Part shown: piece by piece, positions 25,601 through 38,702 of the stretch
How positions within the stretch are numbered: position 1 is the stretch's first letter
Layout: each line of letters starts with the position of its first letter
Assembly (NCBI RefSeq): GCF_963921235.1
Contig: NC_086097.1
Location: 232,440,001-232,504,000 of the forward strand
Direction: 5' to 3'
DNA: 64,000 nt
Origin: Mobula hypostoma
Lineage: Eukaryota
Notes under the pieces: generated by a model
What the model was told of the DNA's origin: nothing
What the model saw: the letters and a program-made list of their open reading frames with translations, nothing else
Database searches by the model: none
Made by a program: the position numbers and the translations under genes

Positions 25601-26325
25601 AATATTCAAAAATCAGAGGTGCAGAGGGACTTGGGAGTCCTTGTGCAGGATTAGGTTGCAGGTTGAGTCAATGGTAAGGAAGGCAAATGCAATGTTAGCA
25701 TTCATTTCAATAGGACTGGAATATAAGAGAAAGGATGTAATGCTGAGGCTTCATAAGGCATTGGTTCAGATTGCACTAGGAGTATTGTGAGCACTTTTGA
25801 GCCCCTTATCTACGAAAGGATGTGCTGCCATTGGAGAAAGTCCAGAGGAAGTTCACTTGAATGATCCCAGAAATGAAAGGGTTAACATACAAGGGGCGTA
25901 TGATGGCTCTGGACTTCTGCTTGCTGTAGTTTAGAATGAAGGAGGATCTCACTGAAACCTATCGAGTATTGAAATTGTATTGAGTGGATGGGTGGAAGAT
26001 GTTTCCTAACATCTGTGCGTCTAGAACCAGAGGACACAGCCTCAGAATAGAGGGACATACGTTTAGAATAGAGATGAGGAGGAATTTCTTTAGCCGGATA
26101 TAGTGAAGCTGTGGAATTCATTGCTACAGCCAGCTGTGGAGGCCAAGTCACCGAGTTTTTTTAAAGTGGGGGTTGATAGGTTTTTGGATAGTCAGGGTGT
26201 CAAAGGTTGCAGGGAGAAGCCAGGAGAATGGGATTGAGAGGGATAATAAATCAGCCATGAAGGTATGGCAGAGCAGGCCCAATGGGCCGAATTGCCTAAT
26301 TTCTTTCCTGTGTTTTACGGTCTTA
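22700..26325 (+). mobile_element. Near full-length degenerate CR1 (ORF1 esterase remnant plus APE-RT ORF2) with nested CR1 3' fragment ~24512-24822
   Basis: VLYLNACSIQNK...IVGITESWL (APE), SGVPQGSVL, KFADD, CR1 3'UTR. Many stops and frameshifts. Confidence 0.9.
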
Positions 26326-26572
26326 ATGTTTAATTTTCTGCTGTTCAGGGGTATTTGCTGGAAAAGAAACCAGTGCCTTCTGGACACATGGGTGTCCACT
26401 GCACATTGTCCCAGCTCATAGTGAAGATTGGTGATAGCGATAAAGCTGTCAGCGCCTGTGGAACAAAATTGTCCCCTCAGTTTGTAAACTTCCCTTGGTC
26501 CTTTTGAGTTGATATTTGTGTTAGTTACTGAAGATGGGATTGAGTTTAAGATGTGATTATTTTTGTTTCTAG

Positions 26573-26639
26573 TTTTTCAAGAACCAGAGAAAGTAAAAAA
26601 TGAATCTTCTGTGCAGCCTTATTTAAACTCTGGGCAAAG
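26573..26639 (+). CDS. RBBP8: CtIP/RBBP8 coding exon
   Basis: ttctag|...|gtaatg, phase 1 to 2. EKVKNESSVQPYLNSGQR resembles human DKVKQKAFVEPYFKGDER. Confidence 0.85.
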
Positions 26640-27094
26640 GTAATGTGACTTAAATAGTTAATTATGCATTTTAATCATTTACATAATACACAATTTGCAA
26701 ATAATCCAAGTTTTACTTTTGAACACGATTTACAAATTTAATGTGCTCTGCTGAGAAGGAGAACATGTAACTGCTATTGGATGCTCACCGATAGCTGATA
26801 CTCCAATACTTGGTGTCTGGACTGCATCTACTGGAGTTGGCATAACTTCAAAAGAAAAGGCAAATTTCATAACCCCATCAGCAAGCAGCGCACAGGTTTC
26901 CAGTAACATTCAAATCTATTGTTGGAGACTCTACAAAAGTACAGACCCAGACACTTTTTAAATCTATTTCATACTATAGTTGTGAGTGTGAGATCACGGT
27001 TTATGAAATCACCCAATTTTATTACAGAAGTCCTAGCCCGTAACATTATCACTGGACTGTTCATAATTCCCAGACCCATGTTACATTACCAAGA

Positions 27095-27307
27095 GAAAAT
27101 CTGCAGGTGCTAAAATCCAAGTAACACACACAAAATGCTGGAGGAACTCAGCAGGCCAGGCAGCATCTAGGGAAAAAGTCAACGTTTCGGGCCGAGACCC
27201 TTCAGCAGGACCTGCTAGAGAGTCTCGGCCGGAAGCATCTAGTGTACTTTTTTTCTGTAGATGCTACCTGGCTTGCTGAGTTCCTCCAGCATTTTGTGTG
27301 TGTTGCT
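27095..27307. mobile_element. Short palindromic Penelope-derived insertion with 14-bp TSD
   Basis: Inverted arms joined near 27210. TSD ttacattaccaaga at 27081-27094 and 27308-27321. Confidence 0.88.
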
Positions 27308-27412
27308 TTACATTACCAAGAAAATATATCTGCAAGAAATAGTATGTACTTGCAAGAACAGAACAAATTTATTAGTGAATCTAATTTGGTCAATGTAATA
27401 TTTGGATCCTAG

Positions 27413-27509
27413 AAAAAATACAGTTTTAAACTTCCCTCACATTGAGGTGGTCCGTAACAAGGAAGAAAGAAGAAAGATGCAAGGGCACACATGCAAGGAA
27501 TGTGAAGTA
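27413..27509 (+). CDS. RBBP8: CtIP/RBBP8 exon, Sae2/CtIP C-terminal domain with CxxC
   Basis: tcctag|...|gtaagt, phase 2 to 0. Encodes [27 protein letters not shown]. Confidence 0.97.
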
Positions 27510-27919
27510 GTAAGTACTGACCTAACATATGATCAGATCTTTGACTTTATTTTTTAATGTTTCATTACTTAAATCTTTTAACTTATTTCCTGTAAAGAAA
27601 TTATCCTCCTGTGAAAGAACAAAGGATCTTAAAGTTCATTATTTGAATCTAATTTGCCTTTATTTTATTACTGATATAATAACTAGTGATATAAGCATAG
27701 TGAAATATCCATGAATAATTGTCAAAAATTGATTCCAAGCCTTACAAATGGGTATTAGCCCAAAGAAACTTTAAGGAATTCCATGGAAGATGGAAGACGT
27801 TCCAGAGCTTATGGTTCCAGTAGTAGAAGGCACAGATAGCTTTAGTGCGGTGATTACACTTGAGATTCATGAAACCTAAACCTGCTGCAATTTGTCTATG
27901 ATTATTCACTGATTATGTC

Positions 27920-28440
27920 TATGATGCCATCTCCTTGGCCCTATATCTGGATAATAAAGACACCTATGCTAGATTATTGTTTATTGAATACAGCTCCACC
28001 TTCTGGCCTATAATTCCAAGCAAGCTCATCTCCATTATCCTTTGCATCTGGATGCCTGACTTCCTGACCAACAGGCCACAATCAGTAAGGATAGGCACTA
28101 ATACCTCTGCCACAATTATTCTCAACACTGGTGCCCCACAAGCCTGCATCCTCAGCTCCCCTACTCTACTGTCTATGAATTCATGATGTGTTCTAACTCC
28201 ATCTAGTGGATTGTATCTCAAATAACAACAATGAGTTGGAGTACTGGAGAGAGATGGAGAGCCCAGTAACATGGCGTCTTGGCAACCTTTCCCTCAATGC
28301 CAGCAAAGCAAAGGAGCTGGTCATTGACTTCAGGAAGGGGGACAGTGCACATGCTCCTGATAACATTCTGATTCAGATTTGTATATCACATGTACCTCGA
28401 AACATACAATGAAATGTGTTGTTTACATTTAACATCCAAC
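27920..28440 (+). mobile_element. Degenerate Rex1/Babar RT fragment
   Basis: [35 protein letters not shown]. Confidence 0.75.
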
Positions 28441-29171
28441 CAATTCACCAAAGACTAGAGTTAGAGGTAACTCAGACATTTCCTGGGCTACAGCAACTGA
28501 GAGACGTGGAGGGATAAGAACATGGTGAGATTTATTTTGACAAGGTGAATGAGAACTTTAATGTTGAGCAATTGTTCAAGCTGGAGCCAGTGTAGGTCAA
28601 TAAACACTGGATGCCATTAAATTAAGGGCATAGGACCCCTTGATAATCTTAGTTTTGCAGAAAAGTAAATGAGGGAGACTGTTCATGAATTTGTGGGAAT
28701 AATCCAATCCAGAAATAACGAAGGTGTAGGGTAGTGTTTTAGTGACAGCTGAGATGAGAATGGAGTTGGGCGTTGATATGGATCATAGTGATGACATAGA
28801 TATGTGATTTGAAACTCATCACAGGGTTTAAATATTTAACCAAAGTTATAAATAGTATAGTTTGGATTCAGACAGTTGACAATGAAATTTGGAACAGAGC
28901 ATGTTCTGTGGAAAAAGGGAAAACCTGGACATTAAAAATGAAAAAAGGAAATGTCAGAAGTATCCTGCAACTTGTAGAGTATTGATGAACATCTTTACCT
29001 GTACAGTAACCTTTCATACAGTATGTACCATGTTATGTCTGCATAAATTTCTGATTTCCCTGTTTTTGGTTGAGCCAAATTATTTAATTTAAAATTAACA
29101 GTTTAGGTCAAAAAAGACAAAGATTACAAAAGCAAGAATATTATTTTGGAGCTTTATAAAGCATTAGTTTT

Positions 29172-32100
29172 GTTTAATATCTACAGTGAAATGATTCTCA
29201 GAGAAATAGAAGACCTAGATGGGATAAAAGTTGGAGGTGTTAACATCAACAGTATAAGATTTGCAGACGATACCACCCAAATAGCAAGTGCTGCAGAAGA
29301 CCTACAAATCCTCCTAGACAAAGTAGTACAAACAAGTGCAGATTTTGGTCTAACCGTCAACTGTAAATAAACCAAATGTACGGTAATATCAAAACAACAG
29401 GATGCTCCCAACTGCCAAATGTACATCGATAACCAAGAGAATTGAACAAAAGACCAGCTTTAATTACCTTGGTAGCTTCGTATCACAAGATGCTAGAAGT
29501 AAAGTAGAAATAAAAAGAAGAACTGCCATTGCCAAAACCAACTTCCAAAAAATGAAACCCATTTTTACCAACAGACACATTTCTATGACAACAAGGCTTA
29601 GGCTACTAAAATGTTACATCTGGTCAATTTTGCTGTATGCTTTCGAAACATGGACTGGTAACACCAGAACTCCAAAGAAACTTAGAATCAACAGAAATGT
29701 GGTTTTTTGGAAGAATGCTGAGAATATCATATAGAGATAGAAACATAGAAAATAGGTGCAGGAGTAGGCCATTCGGCCCTTTGAGCCTGCACCGCCATTT
29801 ATTATGATCATGGCTGATCCTCCAACTCAGAACCCCGCCCCAGCCTTCCCTCCATACCCCCTGACCCCCATAGCCACAAGGGCCATATCTAACTCCCTCT
29901 TAAATATAGCCAATGAACTGGCCTCAACTGTTTCCTGTGGCAGAGAATTCCACAGATTCACCACTCTCTGTGTGAAGAAGTTTTTCCTAATCTCGGTCCT
30001 AAAAGGCTTCCCCTCTATCCTCAAACTGTGGCCCCTCGTTCTGGACTTCCCCAACATCGGGAACAATCTTCCTGCATCTAGCCTGTCCAATTCCTTTAGG
30101 ATCTTATACGTTTCAATCAGATCCCCCCTCAATCTTCTAAATTCCAACGAGTACAAGCCCAGTTCATCCAGTCTTTCTTCATATGAAAGTCCTGCCATCC
30201 CAGGAATCAATCTGGTGAACCTTCTTTGTACTCCCTCTATGGCAAGGATGTCTTTCCTCAGATTAGGGGACCAAAACTGCACACAATACTCCAGGTGTGG
30301 TCTCACCAAGGCCTTGTACAACTGCAGTAGTACCTCCCTGCTCCTGTACTCAAATCCTCTTGCTATAAATGCCAGCATACCATTCGCCTTTTTCACCACC
30401 TGCTGTACCTGCATGCCCACTTTCAATGACTGGTGTATAATGACACCCAGGTCTCATTGCACCTCCCCTTTTCCTAATCGGCCACCATTCAGATAATAAT
30501 CTGTTTTCCTATTTTTGCCACCAAAGTGGATAACTTCACATTTATCCACATTAAATTGCATCTGCCATGAATTTGCCCACTCACCCAACCTATCCAAGTC
30601 ACCCTGCATCCTCTTAGCATCCTCCTCACAGCTAACACTGCCACCCAGCTTTGTGTCATCCGCAAACTTGGAGATGCTGCATTTAATTCCCTCATCCAAG
30701 TCATTAATATATATTGTAAACAACTGGGGTCCCAGCACTGAGCCTTGCGGTACCCCACTTGTCACCGCCTGCCATTCTGAAAAGGTCCCGTTTATTCCCA
30801 CTCTTTGCTTCCTGTCTGCTAACCAATTCTCCACCCACACCAATACCTTACCCCTAATACCGTGTGCTTTAAGTTTGCACACTAATCTCCTGTGTGGGAC
30901 CTTGTCAAAAGCCTTTTGAAAATCCAAATATACCACATCCACTGGTTCTCCCCTATCCACTCTACTAGTTACATCCTCAAAAAATTCTATGAGATTCGTC
31001 AGACATGATTTTCCTTTCACAAATCCATGCTGACTTTGTCCGATCATTTCACCGCTTTCCAAATGTGCTGTTATCACATCCTTGATAACTGACTCCAGCA
31101 GTTTCCCCACCACCGACGTTAGGCTAACCAGTCTATAATTCCCCGGTTTTTCTCTCCCTCCTTTTTTAAAAAGTGGAGTTACATTAGCCACCCTCCAATC
31201 CTCAGGAACTAGTCCAGAATCTAACGAGTTTTGAAAAATTATCACTAATGCATCCACTATTTCTTGGGCTACTTCCTTAAGCACTCTAGGATGCAGACCA
31301 TCTGGCCCTGGGGATTTATCTGCCTTCAATCCCTTCAATTTACCTAACACCACTTCCCTACTAACATGTATTTCGTTCAGTTCCTCCATCTCACTGGACC
31401 CTCTGTCCCCTACTATTTCTGGAAGATTATTTATGTCCTCCTTAGTGAAGACAGAACCAAAGTAATTATTCAATTGGTCTGCCATGTCCTTGCTCCCCAT
31501 AATCAATTCACCTGTTTCTGTCTGCAGGGGACCTACATTTGTCTTTACCAGTCTTTTCCTTTTTACATATCTATAAAAGCTTTTACAGTCCGTTTTTATG
31601 TTCCCTGCCAGTTTTCTCTCATAATCTTTTTTCCCCTTCCTAATTAAGTCCTTTGTCCTCCTCTGCTGAACTCTGAATTTCTCCCAGTCCTCAGGTGAGC
31701 CACTTTCTCTGGCTAATTTGTATGCTTCTTCTTTGGAATTGATACTATCCCTAATTTCTCTTGTCAGCCACGGGTGCACTACCTTCCTTGATTTATTTTT
31801 TGCCAAACTGGGATGAACAATTGTTGTAGTTCATCCATGCAATCTTTAAATGCTTGCCATTGCATATCCACCGTCAATCCTTTAAGTGTCATTTGCCAGT
31901 CTATCTTAGCTAATTCACGTCTCATACCTTCAAAGTTACCCCTCTTTAAGTTCAGAACCTTTGTTTCTGAATTAACTATGTCACTCTCCATCTTAATGAA
32001 GAATTCCACCATATTATGGTCACTCTTACCCAAGGGGCCTCTCACGACAAGATCGCTAATTAACCCTTCCTCATTGCTCAAAACCCAGTCCAGAATAGCC

Positions 32101-32545
32101 TGCTCTCTAGTTGGTTCCTCGACATGTTGGTTCAAAAAACCATCCCGCATACATTCCAAGAAATCCTCTTCCTCAGCACCTTTACCAATTTGGTTCACCC
32201 AATCTACATGTAGATTGAAGTCACCCATAATACCCATAGAGTAACTTATGAGACAGTACTCCAACGTGCCCATACAAAAAGATCTTTAATGAGAACATTA
32301 AATGAGAGGAAACTTAAATTCCTGGGCCATGTCGTCAGAAAGGTAGAAATAGAATGCCTTGCATTACAAGGCCATATACCTGGGAAATACGGAAGAGGAA
32401 GGCAAAGAAGAAAATATATGGACACTGTGAAAGAACTAACAGATCTAAGTGTGCCAGATATCACTGACGCTGCATGGGATCGTTGGATGTGGAAAGCCAC
32501 GATCGCCCAAGTGTGTAACACACAAGGCACATGAAGAAGAAGTTG
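29172..32545 (+). mobile_element. RTE-clade LINE 3' portion split by CR1 insertion
   Basis: GIKVGGVNINSIRFADDT, RLLKCYIWSILLY, KFLGHVVRK, GRGRQRRKYMD. (GAA)n tail near 32534. Confidence 0.85.
29733..32232 (-). mobile_element. Young CR1 LINE, 2.5 kb, nearly intact ORF2 portion
   Basis: APE C-terminus (MGDFN, SDH) through RT and C-terminus, with one frameshift (~31800) and one stop (30454). (TTTCTATG)n tail. Confidence 0.96.
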
Positions 32546-32825
32546 TTTTGTTCTAACCAGTACTTTTGCAACTAATTCTGGTCACTGCAGTGTAGGATGG
32601 CTGTAAATTCACTAGCGAGTTAGAAAGATTTAATGGATTCGGTCTTAGTTACATAGGTAGAATGGAGAAACTGGGATTTTTCTCCGGTCATTTGATGGTG
32701 TTTGGAATCATCAGGTGTTAGGACAGAGTAAATGAACAAGTCCTATTTCTGTTATTAGGCAGCTCAGGAACTTTGGGTCAGAGAAAGGTGTTGGAGAATA
32801 AGTATGCAGTTGTAGGTACTGATAG

Positions 32826-33062
<237 letters not shown>

Positions 33063-33417
33063 TAGATTTGTTTTTTCCATATTTCCATTCATGACAGTAA
33101 ATGACTCCTCAAGGTCAACAAATAATTTGGGGAGGTTTCCCAGCTTTATCATGTTTTAGAGCTTCACACCTTGATAGATGTATTTTGAAACATTGCAGTT
33201 GAAAAACCATGGATCCCAAGGAGTTATTTTCACGGTATTGGAAGACTAGCAGGTGCAACCAGGCTTGAAGTGCATAGATCAGCATCTTAAACACAAGAGT
33301 TTCATGTCGGAATGATCATTCACTTTCATTGCTCAACAGCTCTTCATTTGGACTTCAACAAAGGACTACTTCATGTTAGGCTGTTAAATTTCACAGAAAG
33401 CTAGGAATTAATTTACC

Positions 33418-33940
33418 AGTCAAGTCAAGTCACTTTTTATTGTCATTTCAACCATAACTGCTGGTACAGTACACAGTAAAAACAAGACAACATTTTTCAG
33501 GACCATGGTACTACATGAAAAATACAAAAACTACACTGAACTACGTAAAGCAACACAAAACTACACTAGACTACAGACCTACCCAGGACTGCATAAAGTG
33601 CACAAAACAGTGCAGGCATTACAATAAATAATAAACAAGACAATAGGCACAGTACAGGGCAGTAGGTTGGTGTCAGTCCAGGCTCTGGGTATCGAGGAGT
33701 CTGATGACTTGGAGGAAGAAACTGTTACATAGTCTGGTCATGAGAGCCCGAATACTTCGGTGCCTTTTGCCAGATGGCAGGAGGGAGAAGAGTTCATATG
33801 AGGGGTGCGTGGGGTCCTTCATAATGTTGTTTGCTTTACGGATGCAGCGTGTGGTGTAAATGTCTGCCATGGCGGGAAGAGAGACCCAGATCTTCTCAGC
33901 TGACCGCTACAGGGTCTTGCAATCCGAGATGGTGCAATTT
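33418..33940 (-). mobile_element. Rex1/Babar-type 3' fragment
   Basis: KDPTHPSYELFSLLPSGKR...NSFF..IRLL; (CTTGA)n tail. Confidence 0.75.
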
Positions 33941-33973
33941 CCTATTCATTGGACTATTTAAAAGATGGACATA

Positions 33974-34152
33974 TACAAAATGTTGGAACTCATTAAGTCA
34001 GGCAGCATCTACAAACAATCGACATTTTGGGATTGTTGAAGGTGCTGTTGAAGGGTCTCAGCCCCTCTATAGATGCTGTCTGACCTGCTGAGATCCTCCA
34101 GCAGTTCGTGTGTGTTGCTCTGAATTCCCAGCATCTGCAGAATCTCTTGTGC
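33974..34152. mobile_element. Old short palindromic Penelope-derived insertion
   Basis: Degenerate inverted arms; the right arm carries the full cagcatctgcagaatctcttg terminus. Confidence 0.65.
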
Positions 34153-34404
34153 TTATGTAAGAGGGAGCTGTGAAGTGGAGGGGCAAACTACAGAGGGCAA
34201 TGCGAAGAATAGAACGTAGGATAGAGAACTTTAGGAATTAATGTTCTGTCACCAGAATAATGCACTGTAAAAGGAAAGATATCATTACAAGGCCAAATTG
34301 TATTGTGCAATCAGTAGAAAGGTTCTTCTATTAGTATAGGTAAGAATATTGCAGAAGTTATATTTGCTCCAGTTCACTTGTAGGCTTGAACAAATACATA
34401 ATAG

Positions 34405-35320
34405 AACTGTAAGATATAGGAGCAGACTTGGGCCATTGGGCCCATCGGCCCATCATGCCTGCTCTGCCATTTCATCGTGGCTGATCCATTTCACTCTCAG
34501 CCCCAATCTCCCGCCTTCTCTCCATATCCCTTTGTGCCTATACTAATCAAAAATCTATCAACCTGTGCCTTAAATATACCCAATCACTTGGTCTGCACAG
34601 CCACCTGTGACAATGAATTCCACAGATTCACCACTCTCTGGCTAAAGAAATTACTTCTCACCTCTGTTCTAAATGGACATCCCTCTATTCAGAGGCGGTG
34701 TCCTCACGTCTTAGACTCCCCTACCATAGGAAACATCCTCTCCACATCCACTCTATTAGGGCCATTCGATGTTTCAATGAGATAACCACTCATTCTGAAT
34801 TCCAGTGAGTACAGGCTTAGAGCCATCAAATGCTCATCATATGTTAAGCCTTCCCAGAATCATTTTTGTGAACCTCCTTTGAATCCTCTCTAGTACCAGC
34901 ACATTCTTTCTAAGGGGCCCAAAACTGCTCACAATATTCCAAATAAGGCATCACCATACCTGATAAAGCCTTAAAATTACATCCTTGCTTTTATATTCTA
35001 ATCCTCTCGAAAAGAATGCTAACATTGCATTCACCTTCCTCATCTCGGACTCAACCTGCAAACTAACCTTGAGGGGAATCCAGCATGAGGATTCCTAAGA
35101 CCCTTTGCACTTCAGGTATTTGAATTTTCTCGCTATTTAGAAAATAGTCTACATTTTTTATTTATTCTCCCAAAGTGTATGGTCACACACTTTGGAAGAA
35201 AAAATAAAAAATGTAGACTGTTTTCAGAAGTGAATAACCAGAAATTTCCTAACACTGTATTCCATCTGCCACTTCACTGCCCACTCTCCTAAATCTGTCG
35301 AAGTCATTCTGTAGCCTGTG
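34405..35320 (-). mobile_element. Degenerate CR1 3' portion
   Basis: aatgaattccacagattcaccactctctggc and other CR1 3' homology. Confidence 0.85.
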
Positions 35321-36027
35321 AATGTAATATAGATTAGGAAATCTTGTATCTAGCAGAATATCAATTAAATAGGACATGAGAGTACAGGAAGGAAGCAATT
35401 CGGTCCATAATGTCTGCCAGCTCCTTGCTGGAAAAAATCTTCTCCTCGTTCACCTACTCTCTATTCAATAATGAATCTTCACCTACTTTGTGGTAATACC
35501 TGAGGGCTTCTCAATACACTGGATGGATTGGACTGCTGATTTGGAGAAGCCAGAAGGTGGGGGTCTGTTTCATGATACCTCTTCGTGGTGCCTGGATGCA
35601 GTGGAATTATCACACTCCATTTCCCCTGACCTGGAATATCTGATGATTAAGTTCGGACTGTTCCACTTACCTAAGAGAATTCTCCATCATGGCCCTGATC
35701 GCAGTTCGGGTACCAACAAAAGCAGAAGTTAAACAAGCACTCTACGTTGTGAATGTCTTGATTAACAAACAAAAAACGGCGTACCTGATGCTCTTCAAAT
35801 CATAATTGAGGACTTTGGTCAGGCTTGTTTGAAAAAAATCTCTGCCCAAATATCATCAACATATCACCTGCAACACCAGCGCTTCCAACACACTCAACCA
35901 CTGTTACAGTATGATTAGGAATGCCTACTTTTCCATGCCTAGATCGCATTACAAGAAATCTGATCCTCCAACTTTGTTGTCCTCCTGTATATAGGCAGAG
36001 GCTAAAGAACAAGGCTTCAGAGATAAG

Positions 36028-36630
36028 ACAACACACACAAAATGCTGGAGGAACTCAGCAGGCCGGGCAGTATCCATGGGAATGAACAAGCAGTCGATGT
36101 TTTAGGCCGAGAACCTTATTCAGGACTAAAAAGTTCCTGAATAAAAAGGTTGAGGAGGGGAAGAAGAATAGTTACAAAGTGATAGGTGAAGCCAGGTGGG
36201 TGAGAAAGGTAAAGGGCTGGTGAGGAAGGAATATGATAAAAGAGGAGAGTAGACATAGGAGAAAAGGAAGGAGGAGGGGGAGATGATAGGCAGGTGAGAA
36301 GAGGTAAGAGGCTAGAGAGGGGAATAGAAGAAGAGGGGAGGGGAGGGAATTTTCTTTTTGGGAAGGAGAAATCGATATTCATGCCATCAAGTTGGAGGCT
36401 ACCCAGATGGAATACCAGGTGTTTCTTCCCACCCTGAGGGTGGCCTCATGGTGGCAAAGAGGAGGCTATAGACCGACATGTCAGAACAGGAATGGAAATT
36501 GGAATTAAAATGTTTGGCCAACATGAAGCTCTGGTTTTGGCAAATGGAGCAGAGATGCTCTACATAGCGGTTCCTCAATTGATGACAGGTCTCACCAATA
36601 TTGAGGTGGCCGCATCGGGAGCACAAGACA
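36028..36630 (-). mobile_element. Penelope-like element 3' fragment (GIY-YIG end, 3'UTR, degenerate hammerhead)
   Basis: CSRCGHLNIGETCHQLRNRYVEHL, MNIDFS. Confidence 0.8.
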
Positions 36631-36994
36631 CTCTGGATGTGGTCTTTCATTGATTCTACTGTATTTCTTGTGTTCACTGTGATTGCCTGCAAGAAAATGA
36701 ATCTCAGCGTTGTATGTGGTGATGTATGTGTACTCTGGTTATAAATTTACTTTGAACTTGCACTTCCTGTAGAAAGCAACATTTGCATTTACGTAGCCAT
36801 GTTCAAGCCCTTTGAGCAGTTATTTTGCACATTGTTAGAAGAGTTATAGCAGCCCAAGTGTGCATAGGAAACTCCTGCTGACAATACCAACCAGATGATC
36901 TGCTTCTAGTTACTTTGATCAATGGATAAGTACACGCTTGTTCACCAAGGTCAAATTCCTCATTCTTTACAATATTATCATGATCCTTTACTTT

Positions 36995-38100
36995 GTACAG
37001 TCGACGATTCGGGCCGAGACCCTTCGTCAGGACTAACTGAAAGAAAAGCTAGGAAGAGATTTGAAAGTGGGAGGGGGAGATCCAAAATGATAGGAGAAGA
37101 CAAGAGGGGGAGGGATGGAGCCAAGAGCTGGACAGGTGATTGGCAAAAGGGATATGAGAGGATCATGGGACAGGTGGCCCAGGGAGAAAGAAAGGGGGGA
37201 GGGGGGGAAAAAGCCCAGAGGATGGGCAAGGGGTATAGTGAGAGGGACAGAGGGAGTAAAAGGAAAGAGAGAAAAAGAATGTGTGTATATAAATAAATAA
37301 CGGATGGGGTACGACGGGGAGGTGGGGCATTAGCGGAAGTTTGAGAAGTCAATGTTCATGCCATCAGGTTGGAGGCTACCCAGACGGAATATAAGGTGTT
37401 GTTCCTCCAACCTGAGTGTGGCTTCATCTTTACAGTAGAGGAGGCTGTGGATAGACATATCAGAATGGGACATGGAATTAAATTTGTGGCCACTGGGAGA
37501 TCCTGCTTTCTCTGGCAGACAGAGCATAGGTGTTCAGCGAAACGATCTCCCAGTCTGCATCGGCCAATATATAGAAGGCTACATCGGGAGCACCGGACGC
37601 AGTATATCACCCCAGCCGACTCACAGGTGAAGTGTCGCCTCACCTGGAAGGACTGTCTGGGGCCCTGAATGGTGGTAAGGGAGGAAGCGTAAGGGCATGT
37701 GTAGCACTTGTTCCACTTACAAGGATAAATGCCAGGAGGGAGATCGGTGGGGAGGGATGGGGGGGCACGAATGGACAAGGGAGTCACGTAGGGAGCAATC
37801 CCTGCGGAAAGTCGGGGGGGGGGGAGGGGGAGGGAAAGATCTCCGCCAGAGAAAGCAGGATTTCCTAGTGGCCACACATTTTAATTCCACCTCCCATTCC
37901 CATTCTGATATGTCTATCCACGGCCTCCTCTACTGTCAAGTTGAAGCCACACTCAGGTTGGAGGGACAACACCTTATATTTCGTCTGGGTAGCCTCCAAC
38001 CTGATGGCATGAATGTTGACTTCTCAAACTTCCGCTAATGCCCCACCTCCCCCTCGTACTGCCTCAGTTATTTGTTTATTTATTATTATGAATTATTTTT

Positions 38101-38132
<32 letters not shown>

Positions 38133-38460
38133 CCTCCCTCCCTCCCTCCCCTTTTTCTCCCTCTGTCCTTCTCACTATACTCCTTGCCCATCCTCTGGGT
38201 TTTCCCGCTTCCCCTTTCTTTCTCCCTAGGCCACCTGTCCCATGATCCTCTCATATCCCTTTTGCCAATCAACTTTCCAGCTCTTGGCTCCATCCTTCCC
38301 CCTCCACTTTCAAATCTCTTACTAGCTTTTCTTTTAGTTAGTCCTGACGAAGGGTCTCAGCCCGAAACGTTGACTGTATCTCTTTCTAGAGATGCTGCGT
38401 TCATCAGCAACTTTTATGTGTGTTGCTTGAAATTCCAGCATCCGCAGATTTCCTCATGTT
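36995..38460. mobile_element. Palindromic Penelope-like insertion (minus arm 36995-~37840, plus arm ~37841-38460)
   Basis: GIY-YIG motif VIYCVRCSRCSLLYIG...RLGDRFAEHL; both arms end EQHLIFRLGSLQPDGMN.DFSNFR* followed by a hammerhead-bearing 3'UTR. Confidence 0.92.
38340..38375 (+). ncRNA. Minimal type-I hammerhead ribozyme motif (sense to RBBP8 pre-mRNA)
   Basis: agtc-CTGACGA-agggtctcagccc-GAAAC-GTT-gact. Stem I agtc/gact, stem II gggt/gccc, palindromic ACGT stem III. Confidence 0.8.
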
Positions 38461-38601
38461 AAGGTCTTTAAGGTTCCCTTACCCACCCCTCCATCCATGT
38501 TGTCTGACTTGCTGAGTCCCTCCAGCATTTTGTTTGCATTGTTCAGTTGTTCCATCTTGTCAAACTTGCCCATTTAATTGCCAATGCCATGCTTTTTTCA
38601 G

Positions 38602-38702
38602 GTTATATTAAGGAAGAGTGCACACCTTGCCAGCGACCGAGACGAAGACGACCTTATAATCCAACATTTTTACTGAAGGACAAAGAACAGAATTTAACTT
38701 AG
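38602..38702 (+). CDS. RBBP8: CtIP/RBBP8 terminal coding exon
   Basis: tttcag|, phase 1. Encodes GYIKEECTPCQRPRRRRPYNPTFLLKDKEQNLT*; TAG at 38700-38702. Confidence 0.96.

Noticed and set aside
29804..30919. Plus-strand ORFs (230 aa, 134 aa) and their repeats at 5444-6560, 54469-56326 and 57921-58613
   Set aside because: They are antisense shadows of CR1 ORF2, repeated with each copy, not host genes.
37813..37834. G-run with quadruplex potential
   Set aside because: It is a homopolymer tract of the Penelope element, also present in other copies.
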